Shown piece after piece: positions 21,028-33,867 of a stretch of DNA of 64,000 nucleotides. Source of the stretch: Tubulanus polymorphus (Eukaryota; Animalia; Nemertea). The notes below the pieces were generated by a model. That model was given only the letters and a program-made list of their open reading frames with translations. It had not been told where the DNA came from and ran no database searches. Each line of letters begins with the position of its first letter. The first letter of the stretch is position 1. Position numbers and translations under genes: made by a program. The stretch lies in contig NW_027437466.1 in NCBI RefSeq assembly GCF_964204645.1, forward strand, positions 16,817-80,816, given 5' to 3'.

Positions 21028-24000
21028 TAGACAGTAGGTCGGTCGTCCGTCCGTTTGTCAGTGTGCCGGCAGTGATGGTTGTTCGAAAAACGACTAAGGG
21101 CTGACCGGGCTTTGATCTGCGTTACGACCCTGCGCAGTGAGGGAGGGAGGCAGGCACCAGGAGAGTCGTCGCCGGTAAGGGAGGGAGGGAGGGAGGGAGG
21201 CAGTAGGACGGTCGTCCGTCCTTTCGTCAGTGTGCCGGCAGTGATGGTTGTTCGAAAAACGACTAAGTGCTGACCGGGCCTTGATCAGCGTTACGACCCG
21301 GCGCAGTGAGGGAAAGAGGCAGGCACCAGGACAGTCGTCTGCCCGTTAGTCAGTCTGCCGGCTTTGGTGGTTCGAAACACGACTAAGTGCTGACCGGGCC
21401 TTGATCAGCGTTACGACCCGGCGCCGGTAAGGGAGGGAGGGAGGGGGACAGTAGGTCGGTCGTCCGTCCGTGCGTCAGTGTGCCGGCAGTGCTGGTTGTT
21501 CGAAAAACGACTAAGTGCTGACCGGGCCTTGATCAGCGTTACGACCCGGAGCAGTGAGGGAGGGAGGGGGACAGTAGGTCGGTCGTCCGTCCGTTCGTAA
21601 GTGTGCCGGCGGTGGTTCTTCGAAAAAACGACTAAGTGCTGACCGGGCCTAGATCAGCGTTACGACCGGGTGCAGTGAGGGAGGAGGGAGGCAGTAGGTC
21701 AGTCGTCCGTCCGTTCGTCAGTGTGCCGGCAGTGCTGGTTGTTCGAAAAACGACTAAGTGCTGACCGGGCCTTGATCAGCGTTACGACCCGGAGCAGTGA
21801 GGGAGGGAGGGAGGCAGTAGGTCGGTCGTCCGTCCGTTCGTAAGTGTGCCGGCGGTGGTTCTTCAAAAAAACGACTAAGTGCTGACCGGGCCTTGAACAG
21901 CGTTACGACCCGGCGCTGGTCAGGGAGGGAGGGAGGGAGGCAGTAGATCGGTCGTCCATCCGTTCGTCAGTGTGCCGGCGGTGGTAGTTCGAAAAACGAC
22001 TAGAGTGCTGACCGGGCCTTGATCAGCGTTACGACCCGGCACCGGTCAGGGAGGGAGGGAGGGTGGCAGTAGGTCGGTCGTCCGTCCGTTCGTCAGTGTG
22101 CCGGCGGTGGTGGTTCGAAAAACGACTAAGTGCTGACCGGGCCTTGATCAGCGTTATGACCCGGCACCGGTGAGGGAGGGAGGGATGGAGGCAGTAGGTC
22201 GGTCGTCCGTCCGTTCGTCAGAGTGCCGGCAGTGCTGGTGGTTCGAAAAACGACTAAGTGCTGACCGGGCCTTGATCAGCGTTACGACCCGGAGCAGTGA
22301 GGGAGGGAGGAAGGCAGTAGGTGGGTCGTCCGTCCGTTCGTCAGTGTGCCGGCAGTGCTGGTTGTTCGAAAAACGAGTAAGTGCTGACCGGGCCTTGATC
22401 AGCGATACGACCCGGTGCAGTGAGGGAGGGAGGGAGGGAGGCAGCAGGTCGGTCGTCCGTCCGTTCGTCAGTGTGCCGGCGGTGGTTGTTGGAAAAACGA
22501 CTAAGGGCTGACCGGGCCTTGATCAGCGTTACGACCCGGAGCAGTGAGGGAGGGAGGGAGGCAGTAGGTCGGTCGTCCGTCCGTTCGTCAGTGTGCCGGC
22601 GGTGGTTCTTCGAAAAAACGACTAAGTGCTGACCGGGCCTTGATCAGCGTTACGACCCGGCGCTGGTCAGGGAGGGAGGGAGGCAGTAGGTCGGTCGTCC
22701 ATCCGTTCGTTAGTGTGCCGCCGGTGGTGGTTCGAAAAACGACTAAGTGCTGACTGGGCCTTGATCAGCGTTACGACTTGGCAACGGCCAGGGAGGGAGG
22801 GATGGAGGTAGTAGGTCGGTCGTCCGTCCGTTCGTCAGTGTGCCGGCAGTACTGGTTGTTCGAAAAACAATTAAGTGCTGACCGGGCCTTGATCAGCGTT
22901 ACGACCCGGAGCAGTGAGGGAGGGAGGGAGGCAGTAGGTCGGTCGTCCGTCCGTTCGTCAGTGTGCCGGCAGTACTGGTTGTTCGAAAAACAATTAAGTG
23001 CTGACCGGGCCTTGATCAGCGTTACGACCCGGAGCAGTGAGGGAGGGAGGGAGGGAGGCAGTAGGTCGGTCGTCCGTCCGTTTGTCAGTGTGCCAGCAGT
23101 GATGGTTGTTCGAAAAACGACTAAGGGCTGACCGGGCCTTGATCAGCGTTACGACCCGGAACAGTGAGGGAGGGAGGGAGTCAGTAGGTAGGTCGTTCGT
23201 CCGTTCGTCAGTGTTCCGGCAGTGGTGGTTCGAAAAACGACTAAGTGCTGACCGGGCCTTGATCAGCGTTACGATCCGGCACCGGTCAGGGAGGGAGGGA
23301 GGGTGGCAGTAGGTCGGTCGTCCGTCCGTTCGTCAGTGTGCCGGCGGTTGTGGTTCGAAAAACGACTAAGTGCTGACCGGGCCTTGATCAGCGTTACGAC
23401 CCGGCACTGGTCAGGGAGGGAGGGAGGGAGGAAGGCAGTATATCGGTCATTCGAAAAACGACTAGGTGCTGACCGGGCCTTGATCAGCATTACGACCCGC
23501 CGCAGTGAGGGAGGGAGAGAGGGAGGCAGTAGGTCGGTCGTCAGTCCGTTCGTCAGTGTGCCGGTGGTAGTTGTTCGAAAAATGACTAAGTGCTGACCGG
23601 GCCTTGATCAGCGTTACGACCCGGCACCGGTCAGGGAGGGAGAGAGGGAGGCAGTAGGTCGGTCGTCCGTCCGTTCGGCAGTGTGCCGGCGGTAGTTGTT
23701 CGAAAAATGACTAAGTGCTGACTGGGCCATGATCAGCGTGACGTTTCGGCACCGGTCAGGGGGGGATGGAGGTAGTAGGTCGGGCGTCCGTCCGTTCGTC
23801 AGTGTGCCGGCAGTGATGGTTGTTCGAAAAACGACTAAGTGCTGTCCGGGCCTTGATCAGCGTTACGATCCGGCGCCGGTCAGGGAGGGAGGGAGGGGGA
23901 CAGTAGGTCGGTCGTCCATCCGTTCGTCAGTGTGCCGGCGGTGGTTGTTCGAAAAACGACTAAGGGCTGACCGGGCCTTGATCAGCGTTACGACCCGGCA

Positions 24001-27000
24001 CCGATCAGGGAGGGAGGGAGGGTGGCAGTAGGTCGGTCGTCCGTCCATTCGTCAGAGTGCCGGCGGTGGTTGTTCGAAAAACGACTCAGTGATGACCGGG
24101 CCTTGATCAGCGTTACGACCCGGCACTGGTCAGGGAGGGAGGGAGGGAGGAAGGCAGTATATCGGTCATTCGAAAAACGACTAAGTGCTGACCGGGCCTT
24201 GATCAGCATTACGACCCGCCGCAGTGAGGGAGGGAGAGAGGGAGGCAGTAGGTCGGTCGTCAGTCCGTTCGTCAGTGTGCCGGTGGTAGTTGTTCGAAAA
24301 ATGACTAAGTGCTGACCGGGCCTTGATCAGCGTTACGACCCGGCACCGGTCAGGGAGGGAGAGAGGGAGGCAGTAGGTCGGTCGTCCGTCCGTTCGGCAG
24401 TGTGCCGGCGGTAGTTGTTCGAAAAATGACTAAGTGCTGACCGGGCCATGATCAGCGTGACGTTTCGGCACCGGTCAGGGGGGTATGGAGGTAGTAGGTC
24501 GGGCGTCCGTCCGTTCGTCAGTGTGCCGGCAGTGATGGTTGTTCGAAAAACGACTAAGTGCTGTCCGGGCCTTGATCAGCGTTACGATCTGGCGCCGGTC
24601 AGGGAGGGAGGGAGGGGGACAGTAGGTCGGTCGTCCATCCGTTCGTCAGTGTGCCGGCGGTGGTTGTTCGAAAAACGACTAAGGGCTGACCGGGCCTTGA
24701 TCAGCGTTACGACCCGGAGCAGTGAGGGAGGGAGGGGGACAGTAGGTCGGTCGTCCGTCCGTTCGTCAGTGTGCCGGCGGTGGTTGTTGGAAAAACGACT
24801 AAGGGCTGACCGGGCCTTGATCAGCGTTACGACCCGGAGCAGTGAGGGAGGGAGGGAGGGAGGCAGTAGGTCGGTCGTCCGTCCGTTCGTCAGTGTGCCG
24901 GCGGTGGTTCTTCGAAAAAACGACTAAGTGCTGACCGGGCCTTGATCAGCGTTACGACCCGGCGCTGGTCATGGAGGGAGGGAGGCAGTAGGTCGGTCGT
25001 CCATCCGTTCGTTTGTGTGCCGCCGGTGGTGGTTCGAAAAACGACTAAGTGCTGACTGGGCCTTGATCAGCGTTATGACTTGGCAACGGCCAGGGAGGGA
25101 GGGATGGAGGTAGTAGGTCGGTCGTCCGTCCGTTCGTCAGTGTGCCGGCAGTACTGGTTGTTCGAAAAACAATTAAGTGCTGACCGGGCCTTGATCAGCG
25201 TTACGACCCGGAGCAGTGAGGGAGGGAGGGAGGCAGTAGGTCGGTCGTCCGTCCGTTCGTCAGTGTGCCGGCAGTACTGGTTGTTCGAAAAACAATTAAG
25301 TGCTGACCGGGCCTTGATCAGCGTTACGACCCGGAGCAGTGAGGGAGGGAGGGAGGGAGGCAGTAGGTCGGTCGTCCGTCCGTTTGTCAGTGTGCCAGCA
25401 GTGATGGTTGTTCGAAAAACAACTAAGGGCTGACCGGGCCTTGATCAGCGTTACGACCCGGAACAGTGAGGGAGGGAGGGAGTCAGTAGGTAGGTCGTTC
25501 GTCCGTTCGTCAGTGTTCCGGCAGTGGTGGTTCGAAAAACGACTAAGTGCTGACCGGGCCTTGATCAGCGTTACGATCCGGCACCGGTCAGGGAGGGAGG
25601 GAGGGTGGCAGTAGGTCGGTCGTCCGTCCGTTCGTCAGTGTGCCGGCGGTTGTGGTTCGAAAAACGACTAAGTGCTGACCGGGCCTTGATCAGCGTTACG
25701 ACCCGGTGCAGTGAGGGAGGGAGGGAGGGAGGAAGGCAGTATATCGGTCATTCGAAAAACGACTAAGTGCTGACCGGGCCTTGATCAGCATTACGACCCG
25801 CCGCAGTGAGGGAGGGAGAGAGGGAGGCAGTAGGTCGGTCGTCAGTCCGTTCGTCAGTGTGCCGGTGGTAGTTGTTCGAAAAATGACTAAGTGCTGACCG
25901 GGCCTTGATCAGCGTTACGACCCGGCACCGGTCAGGGAGGGAGAGAGGGAGGCAGTAGGTCGGTCGTCCGTCCGTTCGGCAGTGTGCCGGCGGTAGTTGT
26001 TCGAAAAATGACTAAGTGCTGACCGGGCCATGATCAGCGTGACGTTTCGGCACCGGTCAGGGGGGTATGGAGGTAGTAGGTCGGGCGTCCGTCCGTTCGT
26101 CAGTGTGCCGGCAGTGATGGTTGTTCGAAAAACGACTAAGTGCTGTCCGGGCCTTGATCAGCGTTACGATCCGGCGCCGGTCAGGGAGGGAGGGAGGGGG
26201 ACAGTAGGTCGGTCGTCCATCCGTTCGTCAGTGTGCCGGCGGTGGTTGTTCGAAAAACGACTAAGGGCTGACCGGGCCTTGTTCAGCGTTACGACCCGGC
26301 ACCGGTCAGGGAGGGAGGGAGGGTGGCAGTAGGTCGGTCGTCCGTCCATTCGTCAGAGTGCCGGCGGTGGTTGTTCGAAAAACGACTAAGTGATGACCGG
26401 GCCTTGATCAGCGTTACGACCCGGTGCAGTGAGGGAGGGAGGGAGGGAGGGAGGCAGTAGGCCGGTCGTCCGTCCGTTTGTCAGTGTGCCGGCAGTGATG
26501 GTTGTTCAGAAAACGACTAAGGGCTTACTGGGCCTTGATCAGCGTTACGACCCGGAGCAGTGAGGGAGGGAGGGAGGCAGTAGGTAGGTCGTCCGTCCGT
26601 TTGTCAGTGTGCCGGCAGTAATGGTTGTTCGAAAAACGACTAAGTGCTCACCGGGCCTTGATCAGCGTTACGACCTGGAGCAGTGAAGGAGGAAGGGGGA
26701 CAGTAGGTCGGTCGTCCGTCCGTTCGTCAGTATGCCGGCGGTGGTTGTTCAAAAAACGACCAAGTGCTGACAAGGCCTTGATCAGCGTTACGACCCGGCA
26801 CTGGTCAGGGAGGGAGGGAGGGAGGCAGTAGGTCGGTCATCCGTCCGTTCGTCAGAGTGCCGGCGGTAGCTGTTCGAAAAACGACTAAGTGCTGACCGGG
26901 CCTTGATCAGCGTTACGACCCGGCGCAGTGAGGGAGGGAGGGAGGGAGGCAGTAGGTCGGTCGTCCATCCGTTTGTCAGTGTGCCGGCGGTGGTTGTTCG

Positions 27001-30000
27001 AAAAACGACTAAGTTCTGACCGGGCCTTGATCAGCGTTACGACCCGATGCAGTGAGGGAGGGAGGGAGGCACTAGGACAGTCGTCCGCCCGTTAGTCAGT
27101 GTGTCGGCGGTTGTTGTTCGAAAAACGACTAAGCTGACCGGGCCATGAACAGCGTTACGACCCGGCACCGGTCAGGAAGGGAGGGAGGGTGGCAGTAGGT
27201 CGGTCGTCCGTCCGTTCGTCAGTGTGCCGGCGGTGGTTGTTCGAAAAACGACTAAGTGCTGACCGGGCCTTAATCAGCGTTACGACCCGGCACCGGTCAG
27301 GGAGGGAGGGAGGGAGGGAGGCAGTAGGTCGGTCGTCCGTCCGTTCGTCAGTGTGCCGGCGGTGGTTGTTCGAAAAACGACTAAGTGCTGACCGGGCCTT
27401 GATCAGCGTTACGACCCGGAGCAGTGAGGGAGGGAGGGAGGCAGTAGGTCGGTCGTCCGTCCGTTCGCCAGTGTGCCGGCGGTGGTTTTTCGAAAAACGA
27501 CTAAGCGCTGACCGGGCCTTAATCAGCGTTACGACCCGGAGCATTGAGGGAGGGAGGGAGGCAGTAGGTCGGTCGTCCGTCCGTTTGTCAGTGTGCCGGC
27601 AGTGATGGTTGTTCGAAAAACGACTAAGGGCTGACTGGGCCTTGATCAGCGTTACGACTTGGCAACGGCCAGGGAGGGAGGGATGGAGGTAGTAGGTCGG
27701 TCGTCCGTCCGTTCGTCAGTGTGCCAGCAGTACTGGTTGTTCGAAAAACAATTAAGTGCTGACCGGGCCTTGATCAGCGTTATGACCCGGAGCAGTGAGG
27801 GAGGGAGGGAGGCAGTAGGTCGGTCGTCCGTCCGTTCGTCAGTGTGCCGGCAGTACTGGTGGTTCGAAAAACAATTAAGTGCTGACCGGGCCTTGATCAG
27901 CGTTACGACCCGGAGCAGTGAGGGAGGGAGGGAGGGAGGGAGGCAGTAGGTCGGTCGTCCGTCCGTTTGTCAGTGTGCCGGCAGTGATGGTTGTTCGAAA
28001 AACGACTAAGGGCTGACCGGGCCTTGATCAGCGTTACGACCCGGAACAGTGAGGGAGGGAGGGAGTCAGTAGGTAGGTCGTTCGTCCGTTCGTCAGTGTT
28101 CCGGCAGTGGTGGTTCGAAAAACGACTAAGTGCTGACCGGGCCTTGATCAGCGTTACGATCCGGCACCGGTCAGGGAGGGAGGGAGGGTGGCAGTAGGTC
28201 GGTCGTCCGTCCGTTCGTCAGTGTGCCGGCGGTTGTGGTTCGAAAAACGACTAAGTGCTGACCGGGCCTTGATCAGCGTTACGACCCGGCACTGGTCAGG
28301 GAGGGAGGGAGGGAGGAAGGCAGTATATCGGTCATTCGAAAAACGACTAAGTGCTGACCGGGCCTTGATCAGCATTACGACCCGCCCCAGTGAGGGAGGG
28401 AGAGAGGGAGGCAGTAGGTCGGTCGTCAGTCCGTTCGTCAGTGTGCCGGTGGTAGTTGTTCGAAAAATGACTAAGTGCTGACCGGGCCTTGATCAGCGTT
28501 ACGACCCGGCACCGGTCAGGGAGGGAGAGAGGGAGGCAGTAGGTCGGTCGTCCGTCCGTTCGGCAGTGTGCCGGCGGTAGTTGTTCGAAAAATGACTAAG
28601 TGCTGACCGGGCCATGATCAGCGTGACGTTTCGGCACCGGTCAGGGGGGTATGGAGGTAGTAGATCGGGCGTCCGTCCGTTCGTCAGTGTGCCGGCAGTG
28701 ATGGTTGTTCGAAAAACGACTAAGTGCTGACCGGGCCTTGATCAGCGTTACGACCCGGCGCAGTGAGGGAGGGAGGCTCACACCAGGAGAGTCGTCGCTG
28801 GTAAGGGAGGGAGGGAGGGAGGCAGTAGGTCGGTCGTCCGTCCTTTCGTCAGTGTGCCGGCAGTGATGGTTGTTCGAAAAACGACTAAGTGCTGACATGG
28901 CCTTGATCAGCGTTACGACCCGGCGCAGTGAGGGAGGGAGGCAGGCACCAGGACAGTCGTCCGCCCGTTAGTCAGTCTACCGGCATTGGTGGTTCGAAAC
29001 ACGACTAAGTGCTGACCGGGCCTTGATCAGCGTTACGAACCGCCGCCGGTAAGGGAGGGAGGGAGGGAGGGAGGCAGTAGGTCGGTCGTCTGTCCGTTCG
29101 TCAGTGTGCCGGCGGTGGTTGTTCGAAAAACGACTCAGTGCTGACCGGGCCTTGATCAGCGTTACGACCCGGACCAGTGAGGGAGGGAGGGAGGTTGGCA
29201 GTAGGTCGGTCGTCCGTCCGTTCGTCAGTGTGCCGGCGGTGGTGGTTCGAAAAACGACTAAGTGCTGACCGGGCCTTGATCAGCGTTACGACCCGGAGCA
29301 GTGAGGGAGGGAGGAAGGCAATAGGTGGGTCGTCCGTCCGTTCGTCAGTGTGCCGGCAGTGCTGGTTGTTCGAAAAACGATTAAGTGCTGACCGGGCCTT
29401 GATCAGCGTTACGACCCGGAGCAGTGAGGGAGGGAGGGAGGCAGTAGGTCGGTCGTCCGTCCGTTCGCCAGTGTGCCGCTGGTGGTTGTTCGAAAAACGA
29501 CTAAGTGCTGACCGGGCCTTGATGAGCGTTACGACCCGGAGCAGTGAGGGAGGGAGGGAGGGAGGGAGGGAGGCAGTAGGTCGGTCGTCCGTCCGTTCGC
29601 CAGTGTGCCGCTGGTGGTTGTTCGAAAAACGACTAAGTGCTGACCGGGCCTTGATCAGCGTTACGACCCGGTGCAGTGAGGGAGGGAGGGAGGCACTAGG
29701 ACAGTCGTCCGCCCGTTCGTCAGTGTGCCGGCGGTGGTTGTTCGAAAAACGACTAAGTGCTGACCGGGCCATGAACTGCGTTACGACCCGGCACCGGTCA
29801 GGAAGGGAGGGAGGGTGGCAGTAGGTCGGTCGTCCGTTCGTTGGTCAGTGTGCCGGCGGTGGTAGTTCGAAAAACGACTAAGTGCTGACCGGGCCTTGAT
29901 CAGCGTTACGACCCGGAGCAGTGACGGAGGGAGGGAGGCAGTAGGTCGGTCGTCCGTCCGTTCGCCAGAGTGCCGCTGGTGGTTGTTCGAAAAACGACTA

Positions 30001-33000
30001 AGTGCTGACCGGGCCTTGATCAGCGTTACGACCCGGTGCAGTGAGGGAGGGAGGGAGGCACTAGGACAGTCGTCCGCCCGTTAGTCAGTGTGTCGGCGGT
30101 TGTTGTTCGAAAAACGACTAAGTGCTGACCGGGCCATGAACAGCGTTACGACCCGGCACCGGTCAGGAAGGGAGGGAGGGTGGCAGTAGGTCGGTCGTCC
30201 GTTCGTTGGTCAGTGTGCCGGCGGTGGTAGTTCGAAAAACGACTAAGTGCTGACCGGGCCTTGATCAACGTTACGACCCGGAGCATTGAGGGAGGGAGGG
30301 AGGCAGTAGGTCGGTCGTCCGTCCGTTCGCCAGTGTGCCGCTGGTGGTTGTTCGAAAAACGACTAAGTGCTGACCAGTGCTGACCGGGCCTTGATCAGCG
30401 TTACGACCCGGAGCAGTGAGGGAGGGAGGGAGGCAGTAGGTCGGTCGTCCATCCGTTCGTCAGTGTGTCGGCGGTTGCTGTTTGAAAAACGACTATGTGC
30501 TGACCGGGCCATGAACAGCGTTACGACCCGGCACCGGTCAGGAAGGGAGGGAGGGAGGCAGTAGGTCGGTCGTCCATCCGTTCGTCAGTGTGCCGGCGGT
30601 GGTTGTTCGAAAAACGACTAAGTGCTGACCGGGCCTTGATCAGCGTTACCACCCGGAGCAGTGAGGGAGGGAGGGAGGCAGTAGGTCGGTCGTCCATCCG
30701 TTCGTCAGTGTGTCGGCGGTTGTGGTTCGAAAAACGACTAAGTGCTGACCGGGCCTTGATCAGCGTTACGACCCGGCACTGGTCAGGGAGGGAGGGAGGG
30801 AGGAAGGCAGTATATCGGTCATTCGAAAAACGACTAAGTGCTGACCGGGCCTTGATCAGCATTACGACCCGCCCCAGTGAGGGAGGGAGAGAGGGAGGCA
30901 GTAGGTCGGTCGTCAGTCCGTTCGTCAGTGTGCCGGTGGTAGTTGTTCGAAAAATGACTAAGTGCTGACCGGGCCTTGATCAGCGTTACGACCCGGCACC
31001 GGTCAGGGAGGGAGAGAGGGAGGCAGTAGGTCGGTCGTCCGTCCGTTCGGCAGTGTGCCGGCGGTAGTTGTTCGAAAAATGACTAAGTGCTGACCGGGCC
31101 ATGATCAGCGTGACGTTTCGGCACCGGTCAGGGGGGTATGGAGGTAGTAGATCGGGCGTCCGTCCGTTCGTCAGTGTGCCGGCAGTGATGGTTGTTCGAA
31201 AAACGACTAAGTGCTGACCGGGCCTTGATCAGCGTTACGACCCGGCGCAGTGAGGGAGGGAGGCTCACACCAGGAGAGTCGTCGCTGGTAAGGGAGGGAG
31301 GGAGGGAGGCAGTAGGTCGGTCGTCCGTCCTTTCGTCAGTGTGCCGGCAGTGATGGTTGTTCGAAAAACGACTAAGTGCTGACATGGCCTTGATCAGCGT
31401 TACGACCCGGCGCAGTGAGGGAGGGAGGCAGGCACCAGGACAGTCGTCCCGCCCGTTAGTCAGTCTACCGGCATTGGTGGTTCGAAACACGACTAAGTGC
31501 TGACCGGGCCTTGATCAGCGTTACGAACCGCCGCCGGTAAGGGAGGGAGGGAGGGAGGGAGGCAGTAGGTCGGTCGTCTGTCCGTTCGTCAGTGTGCCGG
31601 CGGTGGTTGTTCGAAAAACGACTCAGTGCTGACCGGGCCTTGATCAGCGTTACGACCCGGACCAGTGAGGGAGGGAGGGAGGTTGGCAGTAGGTCGGTCG
31701 TCCGTCCGTTCGTCAGTGTGCCGGCGGTGGGTGGTTCGAAAAACGACTAAGTGCTGACCGGGCCTTGATCAGCGTTACGACCCGGAGCAGTGAGGGAGGG
31801 AGGAAGGCAATAGGTGGGTCGTCCGTCCGTTCGTCAGTGTGCCGGCAGTGCTGGTTGTTCGAAAAACGATTAAGTGCTGACCGGGCCTTGATCAGCGTTA
31901 CGACCCGGAGCAGTGAGGGAGGGAGGGAGGCAGTAGGTCGGTCGTCCGTCCGTTCGCCAGTGTGCCGCTGGTGGTTGTTCGAAAAACGACTAAGTGCTGA
32001 CCGGGCCTTGATCAGCGTTACGACCCGGAGCAGTGAGGGAGGGAGGGAGGCAGTAGGTCGGTCGTCCATCCGTTCGTCAGTGTGTCGGCGGTTGCTGTTT
32101 GAAAAACGACTATGTGCTGACCGGGCCATGAACAGCGTTACGACCCGGCACCGGTCAGGAAGGGAGGGAGGGAGGCAGTAGGTCGGTCGTCCATCCGTTC
32201 GTCAGTGTGCCGGCGGTGGTTGTTCGAAAAACGACTAAGTGCTGACCGGGCCTTGATCAGCGTTACCACCCGGAGCAGTGAGGGAGGGAGGGAGGCAGTA
32301 GGTCGGTCGTCCATCCGTTCGTCAGTGTGTCGGCGGTTGCTGTTTGAAAAACGACTAAGTGCTGACCGGGCCATGAACAGCGTTACGACCCGGCACCGGT
32401 CAGGAAGGGAGGGAGGGAGGCAGTAGGTCGGTCGTCCATCCGTTCGTCAGTGTGCCGGCGGTGGTTGTTCGAAAAACGACTAAGTGCTGACCGGGCCTTG
32501 ATCAGCGTTACCACCCGGTGCAGTGAGGGAGGGAGGGAGGCACTAGGACAGTCGTCCGCCCGTTAGTCAGTGTGTCGGCGGTTGTTGTTCGAAAAACGAC
32601 TAAGTGCTGACCGGGTCTTGATCAGCGTTACGACCCGCAGCAGTGAGGGAGGGAGGGAGGCAGTAGGTCGGTCGTCCATCCGGTCGTTAGTGTGCCGGCG
32701 GTGGTTGTTCGAAAAACGACTAAGTGCTGACCGGGCCTTGATCAGCGTTACGACCCGGAGCAGTGAGGGAGGGAGGGAGGCAGTAGGTCGGTCGTCCGTC
32801 CGTTCGCCAGTGTGCCGCTGGTGGTTGTTCGAAAAACGACTAAGTGCTGACCGGGCCTTGATCAGCGTTACGACCCGGTGCAGTGAGGGAGGGAGGGAGG
32901 CACTATGACAGTCGTCCGCCCGTTAGTCAGTGTGTCGGCGGTTGTTGTTCGAAAAACGACTAAGTGCTGACCGGGCCTTGATCAGCGTAACGACCCGGTG

Positions 33001-33131
33001 CAGTGAGGGAGGGAGGGAGGGAGGCAGTAGGTCGGTCGTCCGTCCGTTCGTCAGTGTGCCGGCAGTGCTGGTTGTTCGAAAAACAATTAAGTGCTTACCG
33101 GGCCTTGATCAGCGTTACGACCCGGAGCAGT

Positions 33132-33867
33132 GAGGGAGGGAGGGAGGGAGGGAGGGAGGGAGGGAGGGAGGGAGGGAGGGAGGGAGGGAGGGAGGGAGGG
33201 AGGGAGGGAGGGAGGGAGGCAGTAGGTAGGTCGTCCGTCCGTTCGTCAGTGTGCCGGCAGTGCTGGTTGTTCGAAAAACGAGTAAGTGCTGACCGGGCCT
33301 TGATCAGCATTACCACCCGGAGCAGTGAGGGAGGGAGGGAGGCAGTAGGTCGGTCGTCCGTCCGTTCGTCAGTGTGCCGGCAGTGATGGTTGTTCGAAAA
33401 ACGACTAAGGGCTGACCGGGCCTTGATCAGCGTTACGACCCGGAGCAGTGAGGGAGGGAGGGAGGGAGGGAGGGAGGGAGGGAGGGAGGGAGGGAGGGAG
33501 GGAGGGAGGGAGGGAGGGAGGGAGGGAGGGAGGGAGGGAGGGAGGGAGGGAGGAGGGAGGGAGGGAGGGAGGGAGGGAGGGAGGGAGGGAGGGAGGGAGG
33601 GAGGGAGGGAGGGAGGGAGGGAGGGAGGGAGGGAGGGAGGGAGGGAGGGAGGGAGGGAGGCAGTAGGTCGGTCGTCCGTCCGTTTGTCAGTGTGCCGGCA
33701 GTGATGGTTGTTCGAAAAACGACTAAGGGCTGACCGGGCCTTGATCAGCGTTACGACCCGGAGCAGTGAGGGAGGGAGGGAGGGAGGGAGGGAGGGAGGG
33801 AGGGAGGGAGGGAGGGAGGGAGGGAGGGAGGGAGGGAGGGAGGGAGGGAGGGAGGGAGGGAGGGAGG
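33132..33867 (+). repeat. Paralogous cluster of three expanded (GGGA)n tracts (~88, ~210, ~100 bp)
   Basis: Tracts at 33132-33219, 33450-33660 and 33768-33867, with the same flanking diagnostic variants as 20215-21027. Confidence 0.95.
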
